A program made the position numbers and the translations under genes. From positions 199,578,001-199,642,000 of the forward strand of contig CM097885.1 of the NCBI GenBank assembly GCA_044892525.1: DNA of 64,000 bases. Reading direction: 5' to 3'. The notes below the pieces were generated by a model, which saw nothing but the letters and a program-made list of their open reading frames with translations, did no database searches and had not been told where the DNA came from. Shown here in pieces: positions 24,996 through 34,982 of this stretch (positions are counted from its first letter, which is position 1; every line of letters begins with the position of its first letter). Source of the stretch: Schmidtea polychroa (Eukaryota).

Positions 24996-26120
24996 TTAGA
25001 ATATGGCTCCAACCAACTCCTCTACTGGTGGAGCCCTGTTGTTTGGGTACGTCTTCCTAAAATTATCTTCATTTGTCTCTACACACGATTCCCTTTCTTC
25101 TTCTTCCTCGATACCATTTATCCGACTGTATCTGTTTCCCGTGAATCTTTGTCTCTCCGTCACTCTCCCGTACCTCATCTTTGTATAACACTCCTCGGAT
25201 CTATGACCATTTCTGCTACATTTTTCACAACGTATTTCCTGGCACAATCTTCTTATATGACCTTCTTCCCCACACCCAAAACATCTTGGAGCTTTTTTAT
25301 CTGGACAGTTTCTACTTATATGTCCGCTTCTATGACATGTCCAGCATTCTATTTTACCTTTTATTGGACAATCAATTTTCGTGTGTCCTATTTTGTGGCA
25401 TAACCAACATTCTGGCATTTCTCTTCGGATACTTTCTTCTCTCTGTTCTTTCTTCTTGTATTGTACTCTTCTCTGTGGTTCCTGATAGACCACTCTGGCG
25501 TAACTTTTCATACTATTTATCTGGTCTCTTTGCTTGTCTACTTTGTCCATCAGAATTAGTGTTTCCTTTATTTCTTCTGTGCTTTTTATCTTCCGCAGTA
25601 TCACTTCTTTCTCAACTTCTTTATTCTCCGCACATACTATTAACATCCTTGCAGTTAATTTCTCTTTGGTAAATTCTTTATTTTCAAACAACCTATCAAC
25701 AAGGTCCTCCACCTTTTTAAAATACGCTTCTATTTCTTCACCCTTCCGCTTGTAATTCAACAAGTTTTGTAGATCCTTTAAAACATCTCTTTCGCGATCG
25801 AATGCCAATCGCAACCTAGCCTGGAATCCTTCAACTTTTTTCAGTGTTTTGGCATACACTATCAGGAGATCCTCATCAATCATGCAAGATGTTAATCTTT
25901 CCTGATCTTTCTTCTGCGTGATTCCCTTGGCGTCGAAATAAATTTCGCATCTTTTAATGAACTTTTCCAAGTCGTCCTCTTTACAAAATACCTTTGGTAG
26001 CAATCTTTCGGTGATTGCGTCAGTGTTTACCGCTGCCACCATATTAGGATGTTCATCCTGTAAAACATTAAAATCAGTTTTTGTTTCCATAAATTTTATT
26101 TCAGTAAATATCAATATCAA
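24996..26120 (-). CDS. gag: Gag of element A with four CCHC zinc knuckles
   Basis: CWLCHKIGHTKIDC, CWTCHRSGHISRNC, CFGCGEEGHIRRLC, CEKCSRNGHRSEEC. Real start is probably an ATG at 26090 or 26042. Confidence 0.9.
   Translation of the reverse strand: MILIFTEIKFMETKTDFNVLQDEHPNMVAAVNTDAITERLLPKVFCKEDDLEKFIKRCEIYFDAKGITQKKDQERLTSCMIDEDLLIVYAKTLKKVEGFQARLRLAFDRERDVLKDLQNLLNYKRKGEEIEAYFKKVEDLVDRLFENKEFTKEKLTARMLIVCAENKEVEKEVILRKIKSTEEIKETLILMDKVDKQRDQINSMKSYARVVYQEPQRRVQYKKKEQREESIRREMPECWLCHKIGHTKIDCPIKGKIECWTCHRSGHISRNCPDKKAPRCFGCGEEGHIRRLCQEIRCEKCSRNGHRSEECYTKMRYGRVTERQRFTGNRYSRINGIEEEEERESCVETNEDNFRKTYPNNRAPPVEELVGAIF
25041..25047 (-). promoter_or_regulatory. Candidate -1 ribosomal frameshift heptamer C CCA AAC (element A)
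   Basis: XXXYYYZ in gag phase, two codons after the last stop in the -1 (pol) frame, which is then open into the protease. Confidence 0.6.
26029..26041 (-). promoter_or_regulatory. Primer-binding site TGGTGGCAGCGGT (tRNA-Leu-like)
   Basis: Abuts the 5' LTR. Complementary to ACCGCTGCCACCA, a 3' end known from animal tRNA-Leu. Confidence 0.75.
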
Positions 26121-26268
26121 ATTATGTCTTCTTAAAACTTTCTTATTTAAACAAATTTTCTACGAAGATATTTTTAATTAAAATATCTTCTTATTTTAAA
26201 AATTAATCTAAAATTTAATTTTTAAAATTTTCAATTTAAAAATTTCTTTATCATAAAACTTCCTCATA
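26042..26268 (-). repeat. 5' LTR of element A
   Basis: Direct repeat of 21718-21941. Confidence 0.93.
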
Positions 26269-27409
26269 GATGGAATTTCTATCTCTCACTCATCGATACA
26301 GATTCAACTACTGCCTCAGTATGTCCACTTTTCCAAATATCACATTTCACCCTCTCCGACCTTCCACATCGTGAACTTATGATGTTCATTTTGTTCTCCC
26401 CCAGGATCCCGGTATTTACATTCGTTTCCACCCATTGATGTGCCAAACTGTCAAGCCATTCTCTGTCCATCAGCCCGAATGCCAACGGTTCACGAACGAC
26501 CGATCAATCTGGTCTCATCCGTAAGTAAAATAAAAAAATGTGGTTCGATTCAATAAAATATTTATTCGTGGTAACTCAATATTATGCTTTCTAAAATGAT
26601 TGTTCCTAATTATTTAAATATCATATTTATCAAAATATTTTTTCATACCAATCATTCATTACTAAATGGAGAATAGAGAAAACAAGATAGAAAATATAAT
26701 TTATTACGTTATTAATCCTAATTGTACATTTTAATCATAATACAAATTAAAAGTATAAAATGACAATCAATAAAATTTACGTTTTATCTTCCGTGCGATA
26801 AGTTCGATTACATTGAATTTCAAGACAACGGTGAATGAAATTGAATAAAATGGATAACTCGAATACAATTGAATACAGCGAATGAATATATATACATATA
26901 TACAGTGCTCGAAGTGGAACAAAATATGTGCCGGGATAGGCATGCTGTGGCACCCGGGATTCCAGGCTTTTATGCAGAAATTTTCAGTTGGGGGTGTTGC
27001 AAAGCTTTGGGGGGTGTCCACCCATTTAATCATAAGTTTCAGGGGGTGTACCTGTTTTAATGTGGGGGGTGTCAAACAATTTTGGGGGGGTGGGTAAATT
27101 CCTGCGGGATTCTCATTTTTAACCAGGCAAAATGACAGAGATTTTTTGCATGTGTAAATTTGTCTGATAAATAATCGGAAATTTTGTTTCAAATATAAAG
27201 CGTCAACGTCTTACTCTGATAGTCCTTTTGGTAATAGCCCATTTTCTCACATTACCTCAAAAAAACTGCAAATTCACTTAACTTTCTACGTGCTTTTATT
27301 CAACATTTAATTACAGTAAAATATATTAAAGAACTGGTAGCACTAAATGCTGTCAAACATGTTGAGAACATATCGTCAACAGAGTGGGAATAACACTAAC
27401 AAACCCTCA

Positions 27410-29771
27410 TAACTTGCAGAGAGAGTACATTGATGTTTCGCTAACGGGATCATCACGGACAATTCGCGATAGGCAGTTCTTTTCGTCTGTATGTCTGTGA
27501 CCACTGGTTAGCCAACTTTACACATAAGCAGAGGGCTTCCATAATCTTAATGGGGGACCCACAAGGCGAATCATCATTAGTGCAGAAGCACGCGATATGG
27601 ATAAGCTTGAGCGGCAGTCAGTAACAATTAGATTCATGGCACTGAACGTTCACACTCGGCAGTTGATACAGGAATGCATTCTATTGTACGGAGAAGTGGC
27701 AGCAGTTGTTGTGAAATGCGCTTGCCACCATTTTCGATAAATTCCCGCATCCCCTGGAGAGAGCTAGCAGTGTCGATTTTGAATCGGGTGCAAAGCGCCC
27801 GGATACTGTCATCACCGTATAAAATATCCATTGAATCCGGCCAGAAGGATGGGTATAACACTTTAAGGTGATTGTAAAGCAGCGTGTTCGTAGAATGTGC
27901 GGATGTTACGTTGCTGGAATGATGTGTTGGGAGAAGTCGCGATTCCAGATTGTCTCGTAAGGCTTGGAAAAACCGATTAGCATTAATGAGTACATCGCAT
28001 TTGCTGCCCTCGTGCAGGGTAATTCCTTTGAACGCTGGTTTTTCAGAGATTTCACACAAATGCTCTCCTCTTCCTTTTTTTAGGGACTCTAGGACAAGCA
28101 GCTCACGGTTGATGAGTTTGTGTGCCTCTGGAATGCTCATGTCCCGGCGCTGTAGAGAAAGTGAAAGGTCTGCTAGCTCTTGTAAGCCATCGTACATCAC
28201 AGCTAAATTGTGCACAAAAGTGAAAGTAGATAACCGTAGAGAAAGGCCAATGTAGGTAGCCTGCTCTCGTTTATCTCTGGATGGATCTATGGCAGCCTGT
28301 TGAAAGTGATAATAGAGAGCTGGATAATTTTCCCATACTGCTTTTATTGTCCGCACGCTTGATGCCACCCAACGTGTACTTAATATTCGTCCAATCGAAA
28401 GCAGTTGCTGTCCAAGTGAATTTGCTACATCGTGCAATTCCCGTTGATTTTTAGGTGAGGCATGATACAAACTGTACAGTTTATCCATAAAACAACGGAA
28501 ATTGTTTACTCCACAAACCTCTTCTACAGTATCTCCTACTCCCAATTCTAAACGGTGTGCCGCACAGTGCCAGATAACAACGTGGGGGAATTTCCTCACA
28601 ATAAGTGCACCAACTCCAGCGCGACGTCCCAACATAACTGAAGCGCCATCACAGCAAAAGCCAATCCAATTTTCAGTGAGATAAGCTTCACCAATACCGT
28701 GCTTCTCCAAAGAAACTAGAAGATCTTGAAATATAACTTGGGATGTCGTTCCATTCAATTCAATTAAATCCAGGAAGACAGTATTGACCTCATGGTGCAA
28801 GACGCAGCGAATGTAAATTATCAACGTAGCTTTTTGGCTAAGTGAGGTCGATTCATCAATGAGGATAGATATCTTGGCATTCTGACTAATGATTTCCTCC
28901 AACATCCTTTTACGCATCTCTTTTGCAATGTGGTCAATTATATTGGCGCATGCATGATCGCTGTGGAGAATCCTTCCCATGTCTATTCCTTTGAGCCGTT
29001 GCAAGTCGATTTCCATCTCCCTGTCCGAAAAAGGCCTGTTTAACTTGGCCTGTTTAACTTGGCCTGTTTATATGCCGTTCGGAAAACTCTTTCAGTAGAT
29101 GCCTCATAAGCTTTACAATGAATAGTTGCCAGATTTTCCATAATCGCAGATTTCTGAGTATTCAATATCATACATGCTGTCTTATGTGCTGAGCTATTCA
29201 AGTGATCAAGCATCTTTTTGCGGACAGACTGTTGCTGCTTTGCAAGAGTGTCACCATAGTGTGTAACATTTGCCGACATCCATTCCTCTGACATTTTGAC
29301 GCCACGACTTTTATGCGGACCAAGCAATTTCACCTTGTGACACGTGGAACATCCTAAATTCTTAGCAGAAACAATCAGCCAATCATATTTGCTTTTGTAT
29401 TTCAGCCAGGTTTCTACTGTCCAACAATCAGGTATAGATGGAGAATCACGTTGCACTGTCTCAGAATCATTGGGGATAATGGTGATTGACGATGAGAAAC
29501 TAGAAGTAGATGGAGAATCACGTTGCACTGTCTCAGAGTCATTGGGGATAATGGTGATTGACGATGACAAACTAGAAGTAGATGGAGAATCACGTTGCAC
29601 TGTCTCAGAGTCATTGGGGATAATGGTGATTGACGATGACACACTAGAAGTAGATGGAGAATCACTTCGTTGCATTTTCAGAGCCTTCGGCTTAAAAAAA
29701 TCATCAATCCGTTTCACTCGTTTAAGAGACATGAGTAACTCAGACAAAAGGCTCACAAGCAATAGTGTCAA
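27410..29771 (-). pseudogene. KIAA1586-like hAT transposase pseudogene
   Basis: CSTCH zinc region, ILIDESTS, CDGASVMLG, HCAAHRLELGV, STRWVASS, AECER. A 14-bp duplication (TTAACTTGGCCTGT x2, about 29040-29067) and a deletion after CER shift the frame. C-terminus FSAMNLI..GPP..SWL..GHR continues in another frame with a stop. Confidence 0.9.
29435..29665 (-). repeat. In-frame 72-bp (24-aa) tandem repeat x3 plus a partial unit in the transposase N-terminus
   Basis: Units start at 29437, 29509, 29581 and 29653 and encode DSPSTSS(V/L/F)SSSITIIPNDSETVQR. Confidence 0.95.
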
Positions 29772-30298
29772 TAGAGAATGTGAGTGGACAGTCCAAATGT
29801 GTGAGATAAGAATAGAGGGATAGAAAGAGCTAGACTATATGTGGTCGTGATTATGAGTTGCTATTAATTTAATTGGTCCATTTAATAGACACAAAATAAG
29901 TAATAACACACCCTTTGTGTAAGCTACGCAGTGCCCGTGACAAGAAACTCATGCCTACACTTTCACACACACACCTTTAATACATCAAAACTCATACTAT
30001 ATACAGTGGATAAGAAGTACGATAAAGGCATTGAAGCGGTCCTATCTCTTACATATTGTGATTGTTAATATGTGCATGTGTATGTATATCTGCGTAGCAC
30101 ATATATGTTTTCTTATCACGTTAATTATAACAGCTCTCTGCTTGTGAAATCATGCACACATTATATATAGAGGGAGTCGCAGTATAAATAACTCAACAAA
30201 CAACTTGCTGGTTTAACTAAAATAAATAAGAGAATATACCTACCTATCCATTACTGCTGCTTGGGAAATTCTTAATTGAATAGAGAATAGAGAATAAA

Positions 30299-30335
<37 letters not shown>

Positions 30336-30797
30336 CATATATGGATGTACTATGTGTGACCTTAATTGCAGTATTTGTGTGCCTATAAAATGAAATAAGT
30401 ACCGGGATAAACCTATAGATTATATGAAATGAAGTGCCGGGATGCAATTCCGCCTACATAATCAATGCCGGGATAATATCCCGGCTATCCCACCTCACTT
30501 CGAGCACTGCATATATATAAAATTTTTTCTAATTTTATCTTCTTAACCCTGACGGCCATTTTTTCTTGTTTTTTTCAATCTAAAAAAGGTTTTGTTTTTA
30601 TTGTTTTTCATTTACTTTAATTTAATTTTTATTTCGTAAATTTAGTTGTTATTTTTCTATTTTAGTTTTTTATTATTTTCCTCAACTTGCTCTATTTTAT
30701 TTATATTTGTTTTCAATTTAATTCTTAATTTTATTCTAATTGATTTTTAATTATTTTAAATTAATTGCTATCGTTAATCTATTTCAATTCTTATTAT

Positions 30798-31783
30798 TGT
30801 TGAGGATACCTAAATAACAATTTATAAATAAATTAATAAAATTACCTGGGAGAAAATCGTCATGACAAACAGGATAATCTATGGGAACTCAGAAAAGAAA
30901 ACGTAAGCAAAAAAATGGGAAATGAGGAAGAGGAATGAAACAAAAGAAATTAAACAAGAAAATAAAAACCAAGGTCAGTACTAATTAATTAGTATTTCAA
31001 AATTGGGAAATAGGAAAGACAACAATATTCTTATCTCGACAACTTGTCAGTGATAACGAAATTGTTGGGAGAAGGCGGTTGCACAGAAAAGGAAAAAGGC
31101 AAAATAACTTGACAGCCGTCAGAGATAAAATTGGAACCGTGGGGAAAGGCAAACGAAAGAAATTGGAAAAACATTTTATTATTTTGAGTGCTACAGAATA
31201 GGAAAGCTATATAAAGCGAAACTATTGGACACATAAGAGAGACAAAATTGGAGACAAAAGTAACGCAAAATTGAGACGAAAAGTGAAAGAAAAAAATTAG
31301 AGACAAATTGAGAGACAAGCTCGGGAGATAAAATTATTGGGAAAAATTGGACGAAACGTTATTGGAGAAACGATTTGTGAAAAATAATTGTACAGAAAGC
31401 GATTATGAAGAATAATTATTGGAAAAGATTTGAAGAAGAGAATTAGTTGAAAAATTAAACGAAAAGAAGTTACTTGAGTATTTGAATAAATTTGTGAAGA
31501 AGGTCAAAGAAAACATCCAGCTCAAAGTCCCAGTTGATAAACCAATCAGTAATTTGCGGTCTTTTAATCCGGTGTTATACGCAAGTGCTATTCCTCACTG
31601 AGTGTTGTAATAAGCATTGTATAGTCACCAAGCAGAGTGTCGAATTTATTGTCAGTGTAAAGTGAAAGTTATTTGTGATTATCAATAAAGATTTCTGTTG
31701 TCAAGTGTTATTTGTGGATCGGTCAAAGACACAATGAAGTCAGAGTAAACGTTTAAATTTATCACCAACTCAATAACCCAACA
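30798..31783. mobile_element. Solo-LTR-like element, TGTTGAGG...ACCCAACA, 986 bp
   Basis: TGTTG/CAACA termini, 4-bp TTAT flanks, AATAAA near 31684, internal AT-rich degenerate repeats. Shares a GACAGCCGTCA-like block with 50050-50611 (-). Confidence 0.55.
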
Positions 31784-32215
31784 TTATTTTTATGTTGGTT
31801 TATCACTTTCATTTATTATATATTTTTAATATTTTAATCTACTTTTTCTTGGCTGACTTTCCCATGTCAATGTTCTTATTAAAACAAAGAACTAGGTGTT
31901 GTGTCTATTAAAACCAATTATCGGGACATTTGTTGTTCCTGGTCCAATATTAGTGTACCCCTGTACATTATAATCGTCGAGCATTCCAATGAATTCGCGG
32001 GCTGCCGATAGAAGGTTTGTGCCTGAAACCAGTTAGGTCCTTTTATATCATGTTACAATGACGTGAACCTGGGGAGATCTACTCCTTTACTGCTTATCCA
32101 CCAGATGTTTTTCAAAAGCGTCCTGGTACTCTTGTGCCCATTGCTGTCTGAGTTGCACTTTCAGGGCTCATATTTCCACCAAATCTTGCACCGCTTGTAA
32201 AGAATGTAGGCAGTC

Positions 32216-33649
32216 ACAATCTGACTAAAGAAGATATGAAAATATTTTTTATCCAAAATGCTCTCAATGATAGAGAAATCAAGAAAGATTTAAAATTACA
32301 AGGACTAAAAACATTCGAAGAAATGAAAAATCAATTGGTCAAATATGATGATATTATAAAGGAAATTGAAATCGAAAACATTGCTTCGATACAGCATATA
32401 AAGAAAAATTATATTAAGGTAGCGATATTGATTGAAGGACCATATCATCGTCAAAGGAATGAAAGAATAGAACAAAGTCGAACTATGGAACGACAGGAAA
32501 CAAATGTTCAAAGATCAGGAAATCGAAATGAGTGGGAAAAAACCAGAAATCAAGGACAATTTCGAGAAGGACAACAATGGCCCGCGACACATTTTAACGG
32601 ATCGATTAGGAGATATGTTTATCCAAGTCAAGATAATCGCATGCGAAGATGTTGGGCTTGTAGGGAAAAAAATTGAGATTGTAATCCGCAGTTGTAAAGA
32701 ATGCCAAAGAAGAAAAACATTGACAATACGAACGAAAGAAACTGTTTTAAGACATAATAATTCGAATTTATTTGAGCGATTTTTATTGATTTTTGTGGAC
32801 CTTTAAAGACAACAATTCATGGAAAGAGATATATATTGGCAATTATGGATCAATTTAGTAGATATATATCATTAAATGCAGTATCAAGGCAAGACGAGAA
32901 TACAACAGCAGGTATTTTGAAAAATAATTGGATTCTAAAATACGGAGCACCGAAGTTTATACACTGTGACAGAGGAAAACATTTGAAGGAAAACTGATAA
33001 ACGACTTAATGAACATTCACCGAACTGAAATTGTATACTAAAGCGCTTATCATCATTCAGCTAATGGAATGATTGAAAGACGATTCAGAACTATATGGGA
33101 TGCAATCCAAATTTCATTAAAAGATAAAATGTATAGAAATTGGGTATATTTACTGCCAGAGGTGAAATTCATGCTTAATTCGACGATTCAGAGTTCAATA
33201 GGCTTTAGTTCTGCGGAAGTAGTATACGGCAAGAAAATATACAAAGAATGGCAATCAGGAGATAACAAGGATTCAGACGTTAAAGAATATGTGAATATTA
33301 TGAGTAAAAAAAGAGAAACAATGACAGTACAATTGGAAAAGAATGAAAGAAAAGTATCATATAACAATAAATTACGAACAAATTGAAAATTTAATGTTGG
33401 AGACTTTGTGTAGATAAAAGAGGATGTTATCTCAAAAGAGGATAATAGGTATGATGGTCCTGGTGAAATTATTGAGAAACGGCATAATCGTAGCTATGTG
33501 GTGAAAATGCCAACTGGGATAATAAAAATTAGAAATATAGAATGGCTAAATGAATATAAAAACTGAAAAATATTATTAAAGGAGGGGGTGTAAGATGCAT
33601 TTATATAAACTATTCATATTTATAGCATTTATATTTTATTATTTGAATG
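32216..33649 (+). mobile_element. Internally deleted Gypsy remnant D (gag fragment fused to integrase, PPT, start of 3' LTR)
   Basis: Gag-like piece ending RCWACREK joins integrase IRSCKECQRRK, AIMDQFSR, HCDRG, ANGMIER, YDGPG. PPT AAAGGAGGGGG then TGTAAG at 33589. LTR continues at 38220-38365 (...CCTAACA) beyond element B. Confidence 0.8.
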
Positions 33650-33764
33650 AGTTATGTAAAGTTTTGTTTTAATAATATTCGTTTTAGCGTGTTTTTGAAA
33701 AATATATTTTATTGAATTATTATTGATTTATTTTATGAATTTAGAAGTTGAAGACATCATAACT
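33650..33764 (+). repeat. 5' LTR of element B (115 bp)
   Basis: Identical to 38100-38214. Confidence 0.95.
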
Positions 33765-34982
33765 GGCGACCACGCCAAGGAAATCAATGCGATAGGGAAA
33801 AAGAAAGGAACTAAGAATATGTTAGATTCCTTGTCAAAACAAGCACGTGAGATGCTAAATTTTAATGTAAGAAAGTTTGACGGAAAAGTTGGATCTGAAG
33901 CCGAACTTTGGCTAAAGGATATTATGGAATGGCTGAGAATAGAAGATCAAAGTCTAGTAGACGCATTGGATCTTTTGTTGACAGATGCGGCATCGATGTT
34001 ATGGGAAGCGGCGAAAATGGCGAAGATGACCGATGAAATGGCAAAAGAGTGGTTTATAGAAACTTTTACAGTAAGGAAAACCATTACTAACAAGATTGTG
34101 GAACTAGCTCAAATTCAGCAAGAGAGAGATGAAAGATTCCAAGTCTTCGAAATACGAGTAAGAAGTTTAGTTAAAAGTGTATTTAGCTCTGGAATGTCTG
34201 ATGAACAGATTGTTCGAGACATTATTTCAAACAGAGCGAAAGACGATAGAGTAAAAGAAATATTCTTATCAGGGAAAGTGACAAGTTTTGAAGATGCCAG
34301 GGATATGGCAAAAATTCAGGAGAAGATCGAGATGACGAATGACAATAAATTCAATATTGATGCCATAAGAAGAGACTCTTACGCATCAGTGATGAAAAAT
34401 GGAAAATTCGAGGGTAGACGAGACCAAAGAACAATTGTGAAGACAACTGCACATCAACGCGACGAACACCGAGAGATTAATCATGAGAGGAATAGACCTG
34501 GTAATGGTCGGTTTGTACCAATTGTAAATGAAGACAAGAATGGAAATGAGCGGTATAGAGGACGATATGAGACAGGGGAACCAGAGAGAAGAATACCTAC
34601 AGTATCGCTTAAAGATATTGCAAGAAGGTTATTTAATGACAGCAAGGGAAGAGATTCGCCTCATCCAGTGAAACTGACACCAGGTCAGTGTTTTTGTTGT
34701 GGAGAAAAAGGGCACCGGCGTTTTGAATGTCCTATGAAAGACAAATGCCTAATCTGTGGAAAAGAAGGTCATGGATTCAGAGATTGTTTTTTGCTTAAAA
34801 ATAGAAATGGATATCAGAAGAGAGTGGCATGTATTTACGAAGAAGATCACGAAAGAAATAATGGTGATTTCACAGAAGATTTATACAGTAATTACGAAGA
34901 AACGATAAAAAAATCAATGGATAAACCAAAAAACAAGGACGATCCCATTGCTTTCATTTCGTCAGTGTGGTCGACACAATAA
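33735..34982 (+). CDS. gag: Gag of element B (two CCHC knuckles)
   Basis: First in-frame ATG is 33735, inside the LTR. CFCCGEKGHRRFEC and CLICGKEGHGFRDC. Confidence 0.9.
   Translation: MNLEVEDIITGDHAKEINAIGKKKGTKNMLDSLSKQAREMLNFNVRKFDGKVGSEAELWLKDIMEWLRIEDQSLVDALDLLLTDAASMLWEAAKMAKMTDEMAKEWFIETFTVRKTITNKIVELAQIQQERDERFQVFEIRVRSLVKSVFSSGMSDEQIVRDIISNRAKDDRVKEIFLSGKVTSFEDARDMAKIQEKIEMTNDNKFNIDAIRRDSYASVMKNGKFEGRRDQRTIVKTTAHQRDEHREINHERNRPGNGRFVPIVNEDKNGNERYRGRYETGEPERRIPTVSLKDIARRLFNDSKGRDSPHPVKLTPGQCFCCGEKGHRRFECPMKDKCLICGKEGHGFRDCFLLKNRNGYQKRVACIYEEDHERNNGDFTEDLYSNYEETIKKSMDKPKNKDDPIAFISSVWSTQ
33764..33774 (+). promoter_or_regulatory. Primer-binding site TGGCGACCACG (tRNA-Arg(TCG)-like)
   Basis: Overlaps the last LTR base. 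Same PBS in element C (46181-46191, -). tRNA identity is from recalled animal tRNA 3' ends. Confidence 0.7.
34928..34934 (+). promoter_or_regulatory. Candidate -1 frameshift heptamer A AAA AAC (element B)
   Basis: In gag phase, directly after the last stop of the -1 frame, which stays open into pol. Confidence 0.7.

Larger units (their letters stand above)
21718..26268 (-). mobile_element. Ty3/Gypsy LTR retrotransposon A, 4551 bp, pol frameshifted
   Basis: LTRs 21718-21941 and 26042-26268 (one 3-nt indel, one substitution seen). PBS 26029-26041. PPT 21942-21952. TSD AATGG/GATGG (4/5). PR-RT-RH-IN order. Confidence 0.95.
26903..30509 (-). mobile_element. hAT transposon (KIAA1586/ZNF862-like transposase), 3607 bp, ORF disrupted
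   Basis: 14-bp TIR CAGTGCTCGAAGTG. Perfect 8-bp TSD CATATATA. Subterminal CCGGGAT repeats at both ends. Confidence 0.94.

Noticed and set aside
22008-25755. Many plus-strand ORFs antisense to element A (likewise antisense ORFs in B, C and the hATs)
   Set aside because: Antisense shadows of purine-rich coding strands; no motifs.
26767-27192. 141-aa minus-strand ORF at the hAT end
   Set aside because: Starts in subterminal repeats and runs across the TIR/TSD into flanking DNA; no domain.
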